Below, piece after piece: positions 37,806 to 47,358 of a stretch of 64,000 bases of DNA; position 1 is the first letter of the stretch, and each line of letters opens with the position of its first letter. A model generated the notes under the pieces. That model saw only the letters and a program-made list of their open reading frames with translations. It did no database searches and was not told the origin of the DNA. The DNA lies in contig CAVRXL010000001.1 of assembly GCA_963725145.1 (NCBI GenBank), positions 156,176 through 220,175 on the forward strand, written 5' to 3'. This stretch comes from an uncultured Acidobacteriota bacterium. GTDB lineage: Bacteria; Acidobacteriota; Vicinamibacteria; Vicinamibacterales; 2-12-FULL-66-21. A program made the position numbers and the translations under genes.

Positions 37806-38313
37806 CGCCCTCAGACAGGGCCAAGTAAACCTGCAAGCTCAGCGCATCGGCTGATGGAGGTTTGAGTCCAATGGAGGACCGCTGTTTTTCTCAAACTGCG
37901 CCAGGGAAACCTGAACTCCGACAGGAGCATAGCTTTCGCCAGGGGCCTCAGCTGTCCATACGCGATGCGGAATGGCCTTCAACGAGCTATAACGGTGCGA
38001 GACGCTACAACGAACATTGGTGGGCCGGGCACACCTTAGCTCAACCTGTGTTCCAAGCCTGAGGACCCACAGGTCTAGAACTTTGGGAGCGTCTCTATGC
38101 GATCTGCAGCTGTCGCGTTCTCGCCATTCAGTTCACTCTGGTCGGGTTGCGCGTCGGCCGGTCGCGTTGAGTTACCAACGAAAAAAGCTCGGCACAGCCA
38201 ATCGGAGCTAACAATCCCAAGGAACTCGCGTCATCGCTAGTCTGATTCTGCCGAACGTCCGCTTCGATGGAATGACGGTACTGACCGCTGGCCATTCGTG
38301 ACGGCTCAGAATG

Positions 38314-39885
38314 TCATTTCATCGCGGCAAACGCGTAGAGAAAGTCGACGTACCACTTCTCGATCTGCGCGAGACCGGCAACCTTCGACCCGGCGCGCGG
38401 CTCGAGCACGAGGTACTCGTCCGGCGCGTGCGCGCCGCTGCCGTGCCCCATCCCGCCCATGACCATCGGCAGCTTCACGCGATCCGTGAAGATGTAATAC
38501 GGCGCGCTGCCTGCTAAGCGCGGCGCGACTGTCGGCGTGACGCCGTACTTGTTGAAGACGCCGATCGCCGCGTGGACGATCGGCGTCTCCACCGACGTTT
38601 GCGCCGGCGGGTACCCGGAGATCTTCTTGACCTGCACGTCGCTGAAGCCCTTCGCCGCAAGGTGCTTGCGAATCAGCTCGAGCTGCGCGTCCGGCGTCTG
38701 GTTCGGCACGAGCCTCGAGTCGAGGCGCGCCCGCGCGACGTGCGGGAGGATCGTCTTCATCCCTTCCCCCGTATATCCGGTCCACATCCCGTTGATGTTG
38801 ATCGTCGTCGTAAAGAGCAGACGCGCCCAGAGATCGCGGCCGGTGAGACCGTCCGTGAAGCGCTGGATGCCGAGCCCCTTGCGCATCGTCTCCTCGCCGG
38901 TGGGGGGTGAGCCGCGCACGAGACCGTTCGCGAGCCGCTGCTCCTCGAGCGACGGCGCGCGAATCGCATCGTAGTAGCCGGGTACCAGAATCGTGTTCCC
39001 GTCCGGGCTGACGAGCGTCGCGAGCGCCTGCGTGAGCCGCCACGCCGGCGCGTCGACGATCGCCTTGAGCGAGCTGTGGATCTCGGCGCGCGTCGGTCCG
39101 CCCTGCGGCCCGCCCATCGCCTCGAGCTCCATCGAGAGAATGCCCTTCACGCCGAGCGGCAGCGAGACGGCGCCCGAGGCGTCCTGAGCGTTGAACGGGA
39201 AGAACACCCCGTCCGCTTTCTTGAGCCGCGCCTCGTACTTGTCGATGACCTGGGGATAGTTGGGCGACCCGAGCTCCTCCTCACCTTCAGCAACGACGAG
39301 AAGGTTGACGGGAAGCTTGCCCTGCGTCTTGAGGATCGAGTCGATCGCGTTGAGAAACGCGCGCTCCGGACCCTTCTGATTGATCGCGCCGCGCGCCATG
39401 AGCACGCGTCCGTGCGCCGTCTCCTTGATCGTGCCGTCGAACGGCCCCACCTGCCAGCCGGTTTCCTCCGGCTGCACGTCGTACATCATGTAAATGAGCA
39501 GCGTGCGCGACGCGCCGGCGTCGTGAAAACCAAACACGCCGGGATGTCCGGACGTCGGCACGATCGCGACTTCCTTGAACTGGAGAGCCGTCAGGTCGTT
39601 CGCGAGGAGCTTCGCCATCTCCGCGATGCCGCGGTTCTGCGCGCTCACGGACGGCTGGCGGACCCAGCGCTGGAGCTCCGAGATGTGCGCCTGGATGTTC
39701 GCGTCGATGTGCCGATACACGTCGTCGTGCTTGCCCGCGTAGGCGGGAATCCCGCGGGCGTCGAACGCGTCCTCCGTCGTAAAGCGAATCGCGGGCGGAC
39801 CGACCTCCTGCGCCACACCCGATACGGCAACGAACGCCGCGCATCCAAGCACGAGACCACCCGCGACATGCCGGAAGACAGTCAT
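38314..39885 (-). CDS. Exported M20-family metallopeptidase (dipeptidase-like)
   Basis: Signal peptide. M20/M25/M40-like pattern throughout (VAEGEEELGSP, GGMGHGSGAHAPDEY). Confidence 0.85.
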   Translation of the reverse strand: MTVFRHVAGGLVLGCAAFVAVSGVAQEVGPPAIRFTTEDAFDARGIPAYAGKHDDVYRHIDANIQAHISELQRWVRQPSVSAQNRGIAEMAKLLANDLTALQFKEVAIVPTSGHPGVFGFHDAGASRTLLIYMMYDVQPEETGWQVGPFDGTIKETAHGRVLMARGAINQKGPERAFLNAIDSILKTQGKLPVNLLVVAEGEEELGSPNYPQVIDKYEARLKKADGVFFPFNAQDASGAVSLPLGVKGILSMELEAMGGPQGGPTRAEIHSSLKAIVDAPAWRLTQALATLVSPDGNTILVPGYYDAIRAPSLEEQRLANGLVRGSPPTGEETMRKGLGIQRFTDGLTGRDLWARLLFTTTININGMWTGYTGEGMKTILPHVARARLDSRLVPNQTPDAQLELIRKHLAAKGFSDVQVKKISGYPPAQTSVETPIVHAAIGVFNKYGVTPTVAPRLAGSAPYYIFTDRVKLPMVMGGMGHGSGAHAPDEYLVLEPRAGSKVAGLAQIEKWYVDFLYAFAAMK

Positions 39886-39910
39886 GTTCCCTCCCCAACG
39901 ATCCTCGCTG

Positions 39911-39940
39911 TTGACTTACCCGCCTCCGAACGCCTACGAT
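39911..39940 (+). promoter_or_regulatory. Sigma-70-like promoter candidate TTGACT-N18-TACGAT
   Basis: Hexamers read directly at 39911-39916 and 39935-39940, about 110 nt upstream of the hydrolase ATG (40050). Confidence 0.4.
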
Positions 39941-39975
39941 TCATTCACCCGTCACGTCGTCGCGCCAATACTACG

Positions 39976-40037
39976 AGCCGCGCAGTCCGCGGCTTTTGTC
40001 TTTCTGAGCCGCGCCCCCGCCGCGGCTTTTGTGTTTT
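39976..40037 (+). promoter_or_regulatory. Leader with two tandem terminator-like hairpins (AGCCGCG..CGCGGCT + U-tract, duplicated): four-segment attenuator-like arrangement
   Basis: Hairpin 1 at 39976-39994 followed by TTTGTCTTT. Hairpin 2 at 40007-40027 followed by TTTGTGTTTT, then the AGGAGG SD. The 3' arm of hairpin 1 is complementary to the 5' arm of hairpin 2. Confidence 0.5.
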
Positions 40038-40049
40038 CAGGAGGTCGCT

Positions 40050-40953
40050 ATGCTTCCGGATGAAGGCTACCTGAAGTCGGACGACGGCGTCAGGCTCTTT
40101 TATCGACGCGTGGGAACCGGCGCCGAGACCGTCATCGTCCCGAACGGAATGTACTTTCTCGACGAGTTCACGCATCTTGCCGCCGGCCGGTCCGCTCGTG
40201 TTCTACGACGTCCGCAACCGCGGCAAGTCTGACACGGTCGACGACCAGTCGAAGCTCGCTCGAGGGATCCTCAACGACGTCGACGATCTCGAAGCCGTCC
40301 GCCGACAGCTTGGCATCGAGAGCATCGCACTGCTCGGGCACTCCTACATGGGGTTGATGGTGGCTCTCTACGCGATGAAGCACCCCGACCGGGTCGCGCG
40401 CGTCATCCAGATCGGTCCGGCGGAGCCTCATCATGGCAAGACCTACCCGGCGCACCTGACCGCCAACGACACCGTCTTGCAGGAGGTGCTCGCCAGACTC
40501 GCCGAGCTGCAGAAGGAACCGGTGACGAGGGAGCCGGAGGATCGGTGCCGGAAGTTCTGGTCGGTGCTTCGCCTGATCTACGTGACGAGCCCGGCTGACG
40601 CCGATCGCGTCGACTGGGGACGCTGCGAGCTTCCGAACGAGCGCAACTTGATGAAGTACTGGATGGGGAGCCTGATTCCGTCGATGAAAGCGCTGAACCT
40701 TACTGGAGACGACTTCGCGAAGGCGAAAGCGCCAGTGTTGACCATTCATGGAACGAAAGACCGCAGCGCGCCGTACGGCGGCGGACGGGAGTGGGCGCTC
40801 CGTCTGCCGAACGCGCGCCTCGTGACGGTCGAGAACGCGGGGCACGCGCCCTGGATCGAGGCTCCCGAGAAGGTCTTCGGCGCGATCGCGACGTTTCTCG
40901 GCGGCGCGTGGCCCGAAACTGCCCGCCGCGTGGAAACGCTGGAGCCCGCGTAG
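40050..40953 (+). CDS. Alpha/beta hydrolase (proline-iminopeptidase-like); frame break ~40178-40195
   Basis: AGGAGG lies 5 nt upstream of the ATG at 40050. The N-terminus MLPDEGYLKSDDGVRLFYRRVG is in ORF 40029..40232 and the rest (LVFYDVRNRGKS...GHSYMG...ENAGHAPW) in ORF 40177..40953. Confidence 0.75.
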
Positions 40954-40972
40954 CGGCTAGAATGACGGCGAA

Positions 40973-43244
40973 TTGTCGCGAAGACCATTAAAGGTGTGTC
41001 TGGCGCTGGTACTCGCGGTGCCTGCGGTCGCCGCCGCGCAGGATCCGGCGAACGGATTTCCGACCCTCACCCCACCGGCCGTCATGGCGCGCGACGGCGC
41101 AGGGCGCGTCACCGTGCGCGCGATCCGTGTGGACGAGCCGCCCCGGATCGACGCGATTCTTGACGAGGACCTCTACCGGACGCTCCCGCCGATCACCGAT
41201 TTCATCCAGCAGGATCCGGACGAGGGACAGCTCGCCACCGAGCCGACGCTCGTCTGGATCCTCTTCGACGCGCGCAACATCTATATTGCCGCCCGGTGCC
41301 GCGACAGCCAGCCGTCCAGGATCGTCGCCAACGACATGCGCCGCGACGGCAGGAACGTCAGCCAGAACGACAACATCAGCGTGGTCCTGGACACGTTTCA
41401 CGATCGCCGCAACGGCTATGAGTTCCTGATGAACTCGATCGGCGGGGCGTGGGACACGCAGATCACGGACGAGCGGGACGCGAACCGCGACTGGAACACC
41501 CCCTGGGTGCCGCGAAGCCGCCGGGACGCCGAGGGCTGGACGGTCGAGATGGCCATCCCCTTCCGATCGCTGCGGTATCGCGGCAGCGGCCCGCAGACCT
41601 GGGGCATCAACATCCGGCGGAACGTCCGGTGGAAGAACGAGCTGTCGTATCTGAGCCCGGTGCCGCGCCAGTACGGGGCGCGCGGAATCCTGCGGTTCTC
41701 GCAGGCCGCCACGCTCGTGGGACTCGAGGCGCCGCCCTCCGCGCTCAACCTCGACGTCAAGCCGTACGCGGTCGGCAGCGTCGTCGCCGACCGGACGATC
41801 GATCCGGCGTTCGAGAACGAGATCGAGCCGAACGCGGGCTTCGACGTCAAGTACGGGGTCGCGCAGAGGATGACCGCCGACTTCACCTACCGGACCGACT
41901 TCGCGCAGGTCGAAGACGACGACCTGCAGGTGAACCTGACGCGCTTCAACCTGTTCTACCCGGAGAAGCGGGACTTCTTCCTCGAAGGCCAGGGCATCTT
42001 CGCGTTCGGCGGCGCACAGGCGGCCGCGACGAACAGCGCGGCGGGCGCGTCGGCGCCCGCCCACGAACACGCCGGTCCTGTTCTTCAGCCGGCGGATCGG
42101 CCTGAACGAAAACCGCGTGGTGCCGATCGAAGCGGGCGGGCGCCTGACGGGAAAAGCCGGCCGCTACAGCATCGGGCTGCTCGATATCCAGACCGACGAC
42201 AGCCCCGAGGCGAGCGCGGCCTCGACGAACTTCGCCGTGGTGCGCGTGAAGCGCGACATCCTGCGGCGGAGCAATGTCGGGTTCATCGCGACGCGCCGCG
42301 ACCCCACGACCGCGGCGGAGGGCGTCAACACCGCTCTGGGGGTCGACGCCAACCTGTCCTTCTATCAGAGCCTGAACATCGTCGGCTACTACGCCGGGAC
42401 CCGGACGCCGGATCGGAGAGGGGACGATCGGAGCTACCGCGCGAGGTTCGATTACGATGCGGATCTGTTCGGCCTGCAGGTCGAGCACCTGGCGGCCGAA
42501 CGGAATTTCAGGCCCGAGATCGGGTTCATGCGGCGTGAAGACTTCATCGAGAGCCTCGCGCAGATGCGCGTCAGCCACAGGCCTCCGCTCGGCAGCGCCG
42601 TGCGGAAGTTCAACTACGAGGCGGCGCTCGACTACATCACCAACAACGAACGGCAGCTCGAGAACCGGCAGTTCCGCACGGGCCTTCGCACGGATATGCA
42701 GAGCGGCGACGCGTGGAGCGTGATGTATTTCCGCGATTTCGAGTTCCTCGCCGAGCCGTTCGAAATCGTTCCGGACATTTTCGTTCCGGCCGGCCCGTAC
42801 CATTCATCGACGATCCGCGCAGGCTACACGGTGGGCACGCAGCGGCGAATCTCCGGCGACATCAGCGTCGCGCGCGGCGGCTTCTACGACGGCGACCGCA
42901 CCGATCTCTCGTACCGCGGGCGCGCCGAGCTGACGTCCCGGCTCTCGATCGAGCCGGGCATCTCGTTCAACTGGGTCGACCTGCCGACCGACAGCTTTAC
43001 CGCGACGCTGCTGACGACGCGCGCGACGTTCTCGTTCACGCCGCGCATGCTGACGGCAGCGCTCGTTCAGTACAACTCCACGAGCAACCTGGTCACGACG
43101 AACGTACGCTTCCGCTGGGAGTATCGACCGCTCAGCGAGCTGTTCGTCGTCTACAGCGACGGGCGCGACACGCTGACGCCGGGATTTCCGACGCTGACGA
43201 ATCGCGGTGTGACGCTCAAGCTGACACGCCTATTCCGGTTCTAG
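40973..43244 (+). CDS. DUF5916 / CBM9-like domain exported protein; frame break ~42055-42062
   Basis: Signal peptide. CBM9-like N-terminal part in ORF 40973..42538. The beta-rich C-terminal part (TPVLFFSRRIGLNENRVVPIEAGGRLTGK...LTRLFRF) is in ORF frame 42117..43244. An extra C in a C-run explains the shift. Confidence 0.75.
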
Positions 43245-43390
43245 AGACACGGAGGCAATCGAGGACACAGAGAAAGGCGTGGACGATGAGACACAGAGAC
43301 ACAGAGCCACAGAGATAGAAGATTTCCCTCTGTGTCTCTGCGTCTCTGTAACTCAACGTCCCCGCTTTTCTCTGTGGCCTCGAGTGTCTC
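43244..43390. repeat. About 147-nt imperfect palindromic CACAGAG-rich element (MITE/REP-cluster-like)
   Basis: The left arm GAGACAC..GAGGACACAGAGAAAGGCG..GAGACACAGAGACACAGAGCCACAGAG mirrors the right arm CTCTGTGTCTCTGCGTCTCTG..CGCTTTTCTCTGTGGCCTC..GTGTCTC. It fills the gap between convergent stops at 43244 and 43389. Confidence 0.7.
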
Positions 43391-44435
43391 AGCGTTCTCG
43401 GAAAGGACCTACCTCGGGTTTACCCTGCGTGTTCGCCAGCGGGCCGAGCTCGGCGGCGGCGCCGCGAGTGATCGCCGCGATTTCGCTCCCCGCCTGGAAA
43501 CACGTGAAATCGGGGCGGTCGCGCCAGGCGAGCGGACCGCACAACCGGACGCGCGCCTTGATCGCGGCGTCATGGACGATGTTGATCGCGCGCTCGTAGT
43601 CGGGCGTGCCCTGCCGGTAGCCCGAGAAGTTCCCGAGGTCGCCGCTCGCCGCGAAGATCGCGTCGACGCCCGGGACCTTCGCGATCTCGTCGGCGTGCTG
43701 GAGCCCTTCGAGCGTCTCGATCATGAGAATCAGCACGACGTTGTCGTTGATGGTATTGCGATAGCCGCCGGGCACGCCGCCCCACATCCCCGACTCGAAT
43801 GCCTGGCCGCCGCCGGCGCTCCGACGCCCGCGCGGCGGGAAGTACGTCCAGTCGCGCGCCGCGATCGCCTCCGCAACCGAGTCGACGGTCGGGACGACGA
43901 CGACGAGGGCTCCGGCGTCGAGGGCGTGCTGAATCTCGCGCTCGTCGGTGTACGCCACCCGTACGCCCGGGACCGCCTTCGCGTTGGGGCACGTACGCCA
44001 CATCCGCGCCACCGCCTGCCAGTCGCGCTGGTCGTGCTGCATTTCCGTCCAGATGAAGTCGTAGCCGGCGTCCGCCATCGCGCAATAGGTCGCGGGATCG
44101 GTGGCGCTGAAGAGCGTGCCCCCGGTCACCTTGCCGCCCTGCTGCATCTTCAGCTTGACCGGGTTCCAGATCTTCGCGCCGTCGGTCGGGCTGAACGCCG
44201 AACCATACTTCCAGGTCGAGGAATTGAACGGGCCCTGGTTGACGGCGCCGGGCGGCGCCGCGTCTTTCGCCTTGCTGTCCACCCCGGCGGCCGCCGCCAG
44301 CGGAAACGCCGTTTGTCCGGGCCGGTTGGTTAGATAGGGATCGGCGCTCTGCGTTTGAGGCGGCGGCGTCTGGGCCCGGCTTCCAAACGCGGCGATCGCC
44401 AGGAGCGTGCACAATGCCGACAGCAGGTTCTTCAC
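43389..44435 (-). CDS. HpcH/HpaI aldolase/citrate-lyase family protein with N-terminal signal peptide
   Basis: MKNLLSALCTLLAIAAFGSRAQT signal (GTG start). Aldolase core YDFIWTEMQHD...VVVPTVDS...LILMIETLEG...DAIFAASGDL. Confidence 0.8.
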   Translation of the reverse strand: MKNLLSALCTLLAIAAFGSRAQTPPPQTQSADPYLTNRPGQTAFPLAAAAGVDSKAKDAAPPGAVNQGPFNSSTWKYGSAFSPTDGAKIWNPVKLKMQQGGKVTGGTLFSATDPATYCAMADAGYDFIWTEMQHDQRDWQAVARMWRTCPNAKAVPGVRVAYTDEREIQHALDAGALVVVVPTVDSVAEAIAARDWTYFPPRGRRSAGGGQAFESGMWGGVPGGYRNTINDNVVLILMIETLEGLQHADEIAKVPGVDAIFAASGDLGNFSGYRQGTPDYERAINIVHDAAIKARVRLCGPLAWRDRPDFTCFQAGSEIAAITRGAAAELGPLANTQGKPEVGPFRER

Positions 44436-44474
44436 GGGTCTCCCTCCCGCGGCGAGCCTACTTCAAATCAGGCA

Positions 44475-45920
44475 TCAGGGGTATCGAGTCTCCGACATCA
44501 GGCGTCGCAGCTCCGACTGCATGCGCTCGAGCACTGGACGCGCGTCCGGAGCGTCGATGAGATTCCGCTGCTCGTAGGGATCAGCGTCCAGATCGTAAAG
44601 CTCGTTCATCCCCTCGAGCTCCCGGTACTCGATGTATTTGTGCCTCGTCGTCCGCGCGGCCACGTACCCCATCTTCTGGATGCGCGGAAAGACGGTATCG
44701 CTGAAGTACTCGACGAGAAACGACGACCGCCAGTCGCGGGCCGCGTTGCGGAGGACGGGGACAAGGGAGCGGCCCTGGGCAAGAACGGGAACGCCCGGTG
44801 TCGGTGTCGCGCCGGCCAGCTCGAGGAGCGTCGGCGCCAGATCCAGACTGAGCGCAATCTCGGCCGGCGTCGTTCCGGCCTTCACTATCGCCGGATATCG
44901 CACGAGAAGCGGGATGCGAATCGCTTCCTCGTAGGCGAGCCGTCGCTCTTCGGACAATCCGTGCTCACCGTAGAAATAGCCGTGATCGCTGGTGAACACG
45001 ACGACGGTGTTGTCAAGGGTTCCTCTCTTCTCGAGCACTCCGAGAATGCGGCCCAGGCTGTCGTCAACCGCCAACAGCATCTCGAGCCGGCCTCGAATCT
45101 CTTCGTCGGTCGTCGCCGTCTCCCTCCCGAGCGGGGGCAGGTCACCGATTCGACGCAGCAAGGCGGGCTTGCCGAGCGGCGGCTCGAACGCGCTCGGGCG
45201 CCGGGGCATGACGCGGCCGGCGTAGCGGCCGCGGTGGCGCTCGGCGGCGACGAACCCTCCGGGTTGACCGGGCAGCGTGCCGACGCTCCCGTCATCGCGC
45301 TGGACGACGTTGGGGTGGAGCGCCTTGTGCGCCAGATAGACGAGGAAAGGACGGTCGCCTGCACGCTCGATGAACCGCTCGACCCGGTCGGTCAGGAGAT
45401 CGGTGACGTAGCCGGATGTCTTGATCCGCTGGCCGTCGACGTTGAGCTGCGGATCGATCGCTTCTCCCTGCCCTGGCATCGCCACCCAGTGGTCGAAGCC
45501 CGGGCGCGGGCTGTCGTCGTTCCCCATGTGCCACTTGCCGAAGAACGCGGTCAGGTAGCCGGCGCGCTGGAGGTCGCGGGGAAACACCGGCAGCTGATGG
45601 CTCGGCCGCGCGGTGTTGTCGACGATGCCGTTCGTGTGCGGATACTGACCGGTCAGGAAGCTCGCCCGGCTCGGCGAGCACAGCGGCGTCGTCGCGAATG
45701 CGTTCAGAAACCGCGCGCCTTCGCGGGCGAGCCGGTCCATGTTCGGGGTCTCAACGAAGGGATGCCCCGCCGCCCGGACCTCATCCCAGCGCATGTCGTC
45801 CACAAGCACGACGACGATGTTCGGAGTCCGGCGCAGTGGCGGTGATTGCGCGCTCCCGCCAGCCAACGTCAGGACGAACGGAGCGACCGTCACCGCCACA
45901 AGGCGGATCGCCAGATTCAT
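44475..45920 (-). CDS. Sulfatase (formylglycine-dependent), second copy
   Basis: Signal peptide. IVVVLVDDMRWD and CSPSRASFLTGQY motifs. Confidence 0.9.
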   Translation of the reverse strand: MNLAIRLVAVTVAPFVLTLAGGSAQSPPLRRTPNIVVVLVDDMRWDEVRAAGHPFVETPNMDRLAREGARFLNAFATTPLCSPSRASFLTGQYPHTNGIVDNTARPSHQLPVFPRDLQRAGYLTAFFGKWHMGNDDSPRPGFDHWVAMPGQGEAIDPQLNVDGQRIKTSGYVTDLLTDRVERFIERAGDRPFLVYLAHKALHPNVVQRDDGSVGTLPGQPGGFVAAERHRGRYAGRVMPRRPSAFEPPLGKPALLRRIGDLPPLGRETATTDEEIRGRLEMLLAVDDSLGRILGVLEKRGTLDNTVVVFTSDHGYFYGEHGLSEERRLAYEEAIRIPLLVRYPAIVKAGTTPAEIALSLDLAPTLLELAGATPTPGVPVLAQGRSLVPVLRNAARDWRSSFLVEYFSDTVFPRIQKMGYVAARTTRHKYIEYRELEGMNELYDLDADPYEQRNLIDAPDARPVLERMQSELRRLMSETRYP

Positions 45921-45974
45921 GGCGACGAGCGTACTTCAACTCAGCGCCAGAAGGCCCGGGATTCAGGATCCGGG

Positions 45975-47120
45975 TCAGCTGGTGGGATTCGCGTTCATGT
46001 CGCGGCCCTGCTTCAGCTTGACGATCGCCTCTTCGAGGCTCTTCCTGTTCAACGCATCGGGTGCTTGTTTGGCTGCGATCTCGGCGTGCTTCAGCGCAGT
46101 CGGGTAATCCCCCACCGCCGAGAAGCCGCGCGCGAGGCCGACGTGGACGGGCCAGGTGTCGCCGAAGCGTTTCGCGTTCTTCTGGAAGACGGCCAGCGCA
46201 TCTTTCGACTTGCCCTGCGCCAGCAGCCGGCGGCCGTACTGGTGAATCTCCACCGGTTGGGCGTTCGGCAGGTCGAGCGCCGTCGCCATCACTGCTGCGG
46301 CATCTGCCGGTCGGGAGAGCTTGTCGAGGATCTGCGCCTTGGTGGAGAGCGTCGCGAAGTTGGCCTGCCCGATGAACGGGTTGGAGGAGGCGTACTCGGC
46401 CCACTTCAAGGCTTCGTCGAGGTTGCGATCCTGACGCAGGCAGTATTGCGCCGCGGCATTCCAGTTCTGCCACTGAAAGCCCGCTGCACCCCGGAGCTCA
46501 TCGCGCAGATTGTTGATGTAGAGCGTCGCCATGTCGTCGACGGTCACCGTGAAGGGCACCCGCAGCTCCTCCCAGAGGAGCGCCACCGTCGCGCGATCCG
46601 GCCGACGTTCGACGAAGTCGTACGCGAGCCACTCGCGGTAGGGCGCCTTCTCCGGCGTCACCGTCACGCGCAGCGCGTCTTCGGCCTGGTCGTACGTGAA
46701 GCTCCCCCACGCCGATGAGTTCTTCGAGAAAACGATGGTCCAGTCCTTCTCGCCGACCAGCATGTGCAGGCCGTACCGACCGGCCGGCAGCGGCTGGCCC
46801 TGGACTTTCACCGGGTGCGACACCCCGAACACGGTGTTCTCGTTCGCGCCGGCCCGCCAGGGACCCTTCCGGTTGTTGAAACCCAGATCGTGGATCCCCC
46901 ACGGCACGAGCCCGCCCCAGATCTTTCCGCGCCGGTCTTCTCCGTTCGGACCGTGGACATCGGGGCTGCTGTACTCGATTGTCACGCGCGCGAGCCCGAT
47001 CTGCTGCGTGATCGTGGAGCGCTGGTTGTCGCCGTCGGGCGGCAGAGTGACCGTTTGGGCGAAGGCGGCAAGGCCCGCCCCGAAGACGAAGGACACCGCA
47101 AGGCACATAATGCGCTTCAT
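45975..47120 (-). CDS. Exported DUF2911 + TPR-repeat protein
   Basis: Signal MKRIMCLAVSFVFGAGLAAFAQ. DUF2911-like N-terminal half and TPR-like C-terminal half. Start at 47120 inside the longer ORF. Confidence 0.8.
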   Translation of the reverse strand: MKRIMCLAVSFVFGAGLAAFAQTVTLPPDGDNQRSTITQQIGLARVTIEYSSPDVHGPNGEDRRGKIWGGLVPWGIHDLGFNNRKGPWRAGANENTVFGVSHPVKVQGQPLPAGRYGLHMLVGEKDWTIVFSKNSSAWGSFTYDQAEDALRVTVTPEKAPYREWLAYDFVERRPDRATVALLWEELRVPFTVTVDDMATLYINNLRDELRGAAGFQWQNWNAAAQYCLRQDRNLDEALKWAEYASSNPFIGQANFATLSTKAQILDKLSRPADAAAVMATALDLPNAQPVEIHQYGRRLLAQGKSKDALAVFQKNAKRFGDTWPVHVGLARGFSAVGDYPTALKHAEIAAKQAPDALNRKSLEEAIVKLKQGRDMNANPTS

Positions 47121-47358
47121 GTGAACCACCTGGCGCACCGTATCAATCATGCGGCTGACGTTGGGGCTCGAAGTGACGAACCGTCGGCCCAGGCGGACGA
47201 AATGCTCTCTCCCTGCCGCGAGTGGCACTGCGTCCCCTACTCTGATCTATGCTCAACTGCGCTGGCGCGCGGCTCGGGCGTTAGGTTCCGTTCGGCGCCC
47301 GTATCTTCCGCGCGACGGCGTTCCGGTGATAAAAGGTCCGTGGGGCGGAGGGCACCCG

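Noticed and set aside
38128-38295. 55-codon minus-strand ORF (MASGQYRHSIEADVRQNQTSDD...) in the non-coding stretch at the island's right edge, and a weak AGCTC/GAGCT + T6 hairpin at 38181..38209.
   Set aside because: The ORF has no homology, no RBS and a composition unlike either the island or the core genes. The hairpin stem is only 5 bp with a 14-nt loop.
45955-45974. Hairpin CCCGG-GATTCAGGAT-CCGGG abutting the DUF2911 gene stop, considered as another member of the REP-like family.
   Set aside because: It has only a 5-bp stem with a 10-nt loop and no GTAG head, so it is too weak to count.
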